Part shown: positions 63,371 through 64,000 of the stretch, piece after piece
Layout: every line of letters begins with the position of its first letter
Position numbering within the stretch: the first letter of the stretch is position 1
Origin: Sulfolobales archaeon HS-7
Lineage (GTDB): Archaea; Thermoproteota; Thermoprotei_A; Sulfolobales; Sulfolobaceae
Direction: 5' to 3'
Assembly (NCBI GenBank): GCA_019704295.1
Contig: AP024596.1
Location: forward strand, 352,001 to 416,000
DNA length: 64,000 bases
Translations under genes and position numbers: made by a program
Notes under the pieces: generated by a model
Database searches by the model: none
What the model saw: only the letters and a program-made list of their open reading frames with translations
Told to the model about the DNA's origin: nothing

Positions 63371-64000
63371 TCACATCTTCTCTATCTGATTAACTAGTTC
63401 GTTAGCATAATCCTTAGTACCTAATGGCTGAACATTCATAAATCTTGCCAGATCTTGTGTTACCTTCCTCTCCCTGATACTATTGAGTATGGCCCTTTCT
63501 ATCATATCAGCGGCCTCGACCCAGCCCATGAACCTAAGCATTAGTTCAGCTCCTTTAATTATTCCAGTAGGGTTTGCGACGTTCTTCCCTGCGTATTTTG
63601 GAGCCGTACCGTGAACGGCCTCGAACATTCCCCCGCTATCTCCTACATTCGCTCCTCCTAGCATACCTATGTTACCTATTAGGGCTCCCGCAGCGTCTGA
63701 TATCAGATCACCATTAACGTTTGGCGCCAAAATCACGTCGTATTCTTCTGGCCTAATTATTATTTGTTGGAACATGTTGTCGGCTATTCTATCATTAAGT
63801 ATCACCTTTCCTTGAGGGGAGATCCCCTGATTGACCTCCTCTTCCGTTATTACTCTTTCAAAAAATTCCTCCTTCGCTAATTCGTAAATCCACTCCCTGA
63901 ACGCTCCCTCAGTGTACTTCATTACGTTACCCTTATGCATTATTGTCACCTTTTTCCGTCCGTTGGCTATAGCGTAATTTATGGCCATTCTTCCTATTCT
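63371..64000 (-). CDS. icd: NADP-dependent isocitrate dehydrogenase, 5'-partial
   Basis: HKGNVMKYTEG, DRIADNMFQQ, NVNGDLISD, EAVHGTAPKYAG; frame is open to the window edge. Confidence 0.95.
   Translation of the reverse strand, partial: RIGRMAINYAIANGRKKVTIMHKGNVMKYTEGAFREWIYELAKEEFFERVITEEEVNQGISPQGKVILNDRIADNMFQQIIIRPEEYDVILAPNVNGDLISDAAGALIGNIGMLGGANVGDSGGMFEAVHGTAPKYAGKNVANPTGIIKGAELMLRFMGWVEAADMIERAILNSIRERKVTQDLARFMNVQPLGTKDYANELVNQIEKM

Overview
64 kb of a gene-dense archaeal chromosome, most likely Sulfolobales. Markers are the Hje resolvase, an S. tokodaii-type hexokinase, a DUF973 protein, an ArnB/vWA2-like protein, TIP49, bifunctional PGI/PMI and tRNAs with bulge-helix-bulge introns. 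It holds about 55 CDSs, mostly carbon-metabolism and housekeeping genes (cysS, tatA/tatC, moeA/mobA, malic enzyme, icd). There are two intron-containing tRNAs (Thr-GGU, Leu-CAA), three decayed IS200/IS605 tnpB relics missed by the ORF track and one exact 105-bp coding tandem repeat. No CRISPR array or rRNA was seen. Best leads: (1) a divergent cluster of a MupG/DUF871-like hydrolase, an enolase-family dehydratase and an SDR opposite SuyAB-like genes, a candidate sulfo-sugar or amino-sugar catabolic route; (2) a lactonase, hydroxyacid-oxoacid transhydrogenase and FAD 2-hydroxyacid dehydrogenase operon, a candidate gamma-butyrolactone/4-hydroxybutyrate salvage loop; (3) an unannotated ~170-nt highly structured minus-strand RNA with a pseudoknot at 25.3 kb; (4) a vWA, atypical membrane kinase and DUF973 signalling module with an apparent frameshift; (5) an int(N)-like ORF reading into tRNA-Thr. 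All family calls come from motifs recognised by eye or from remembered sequences; no searches were run.
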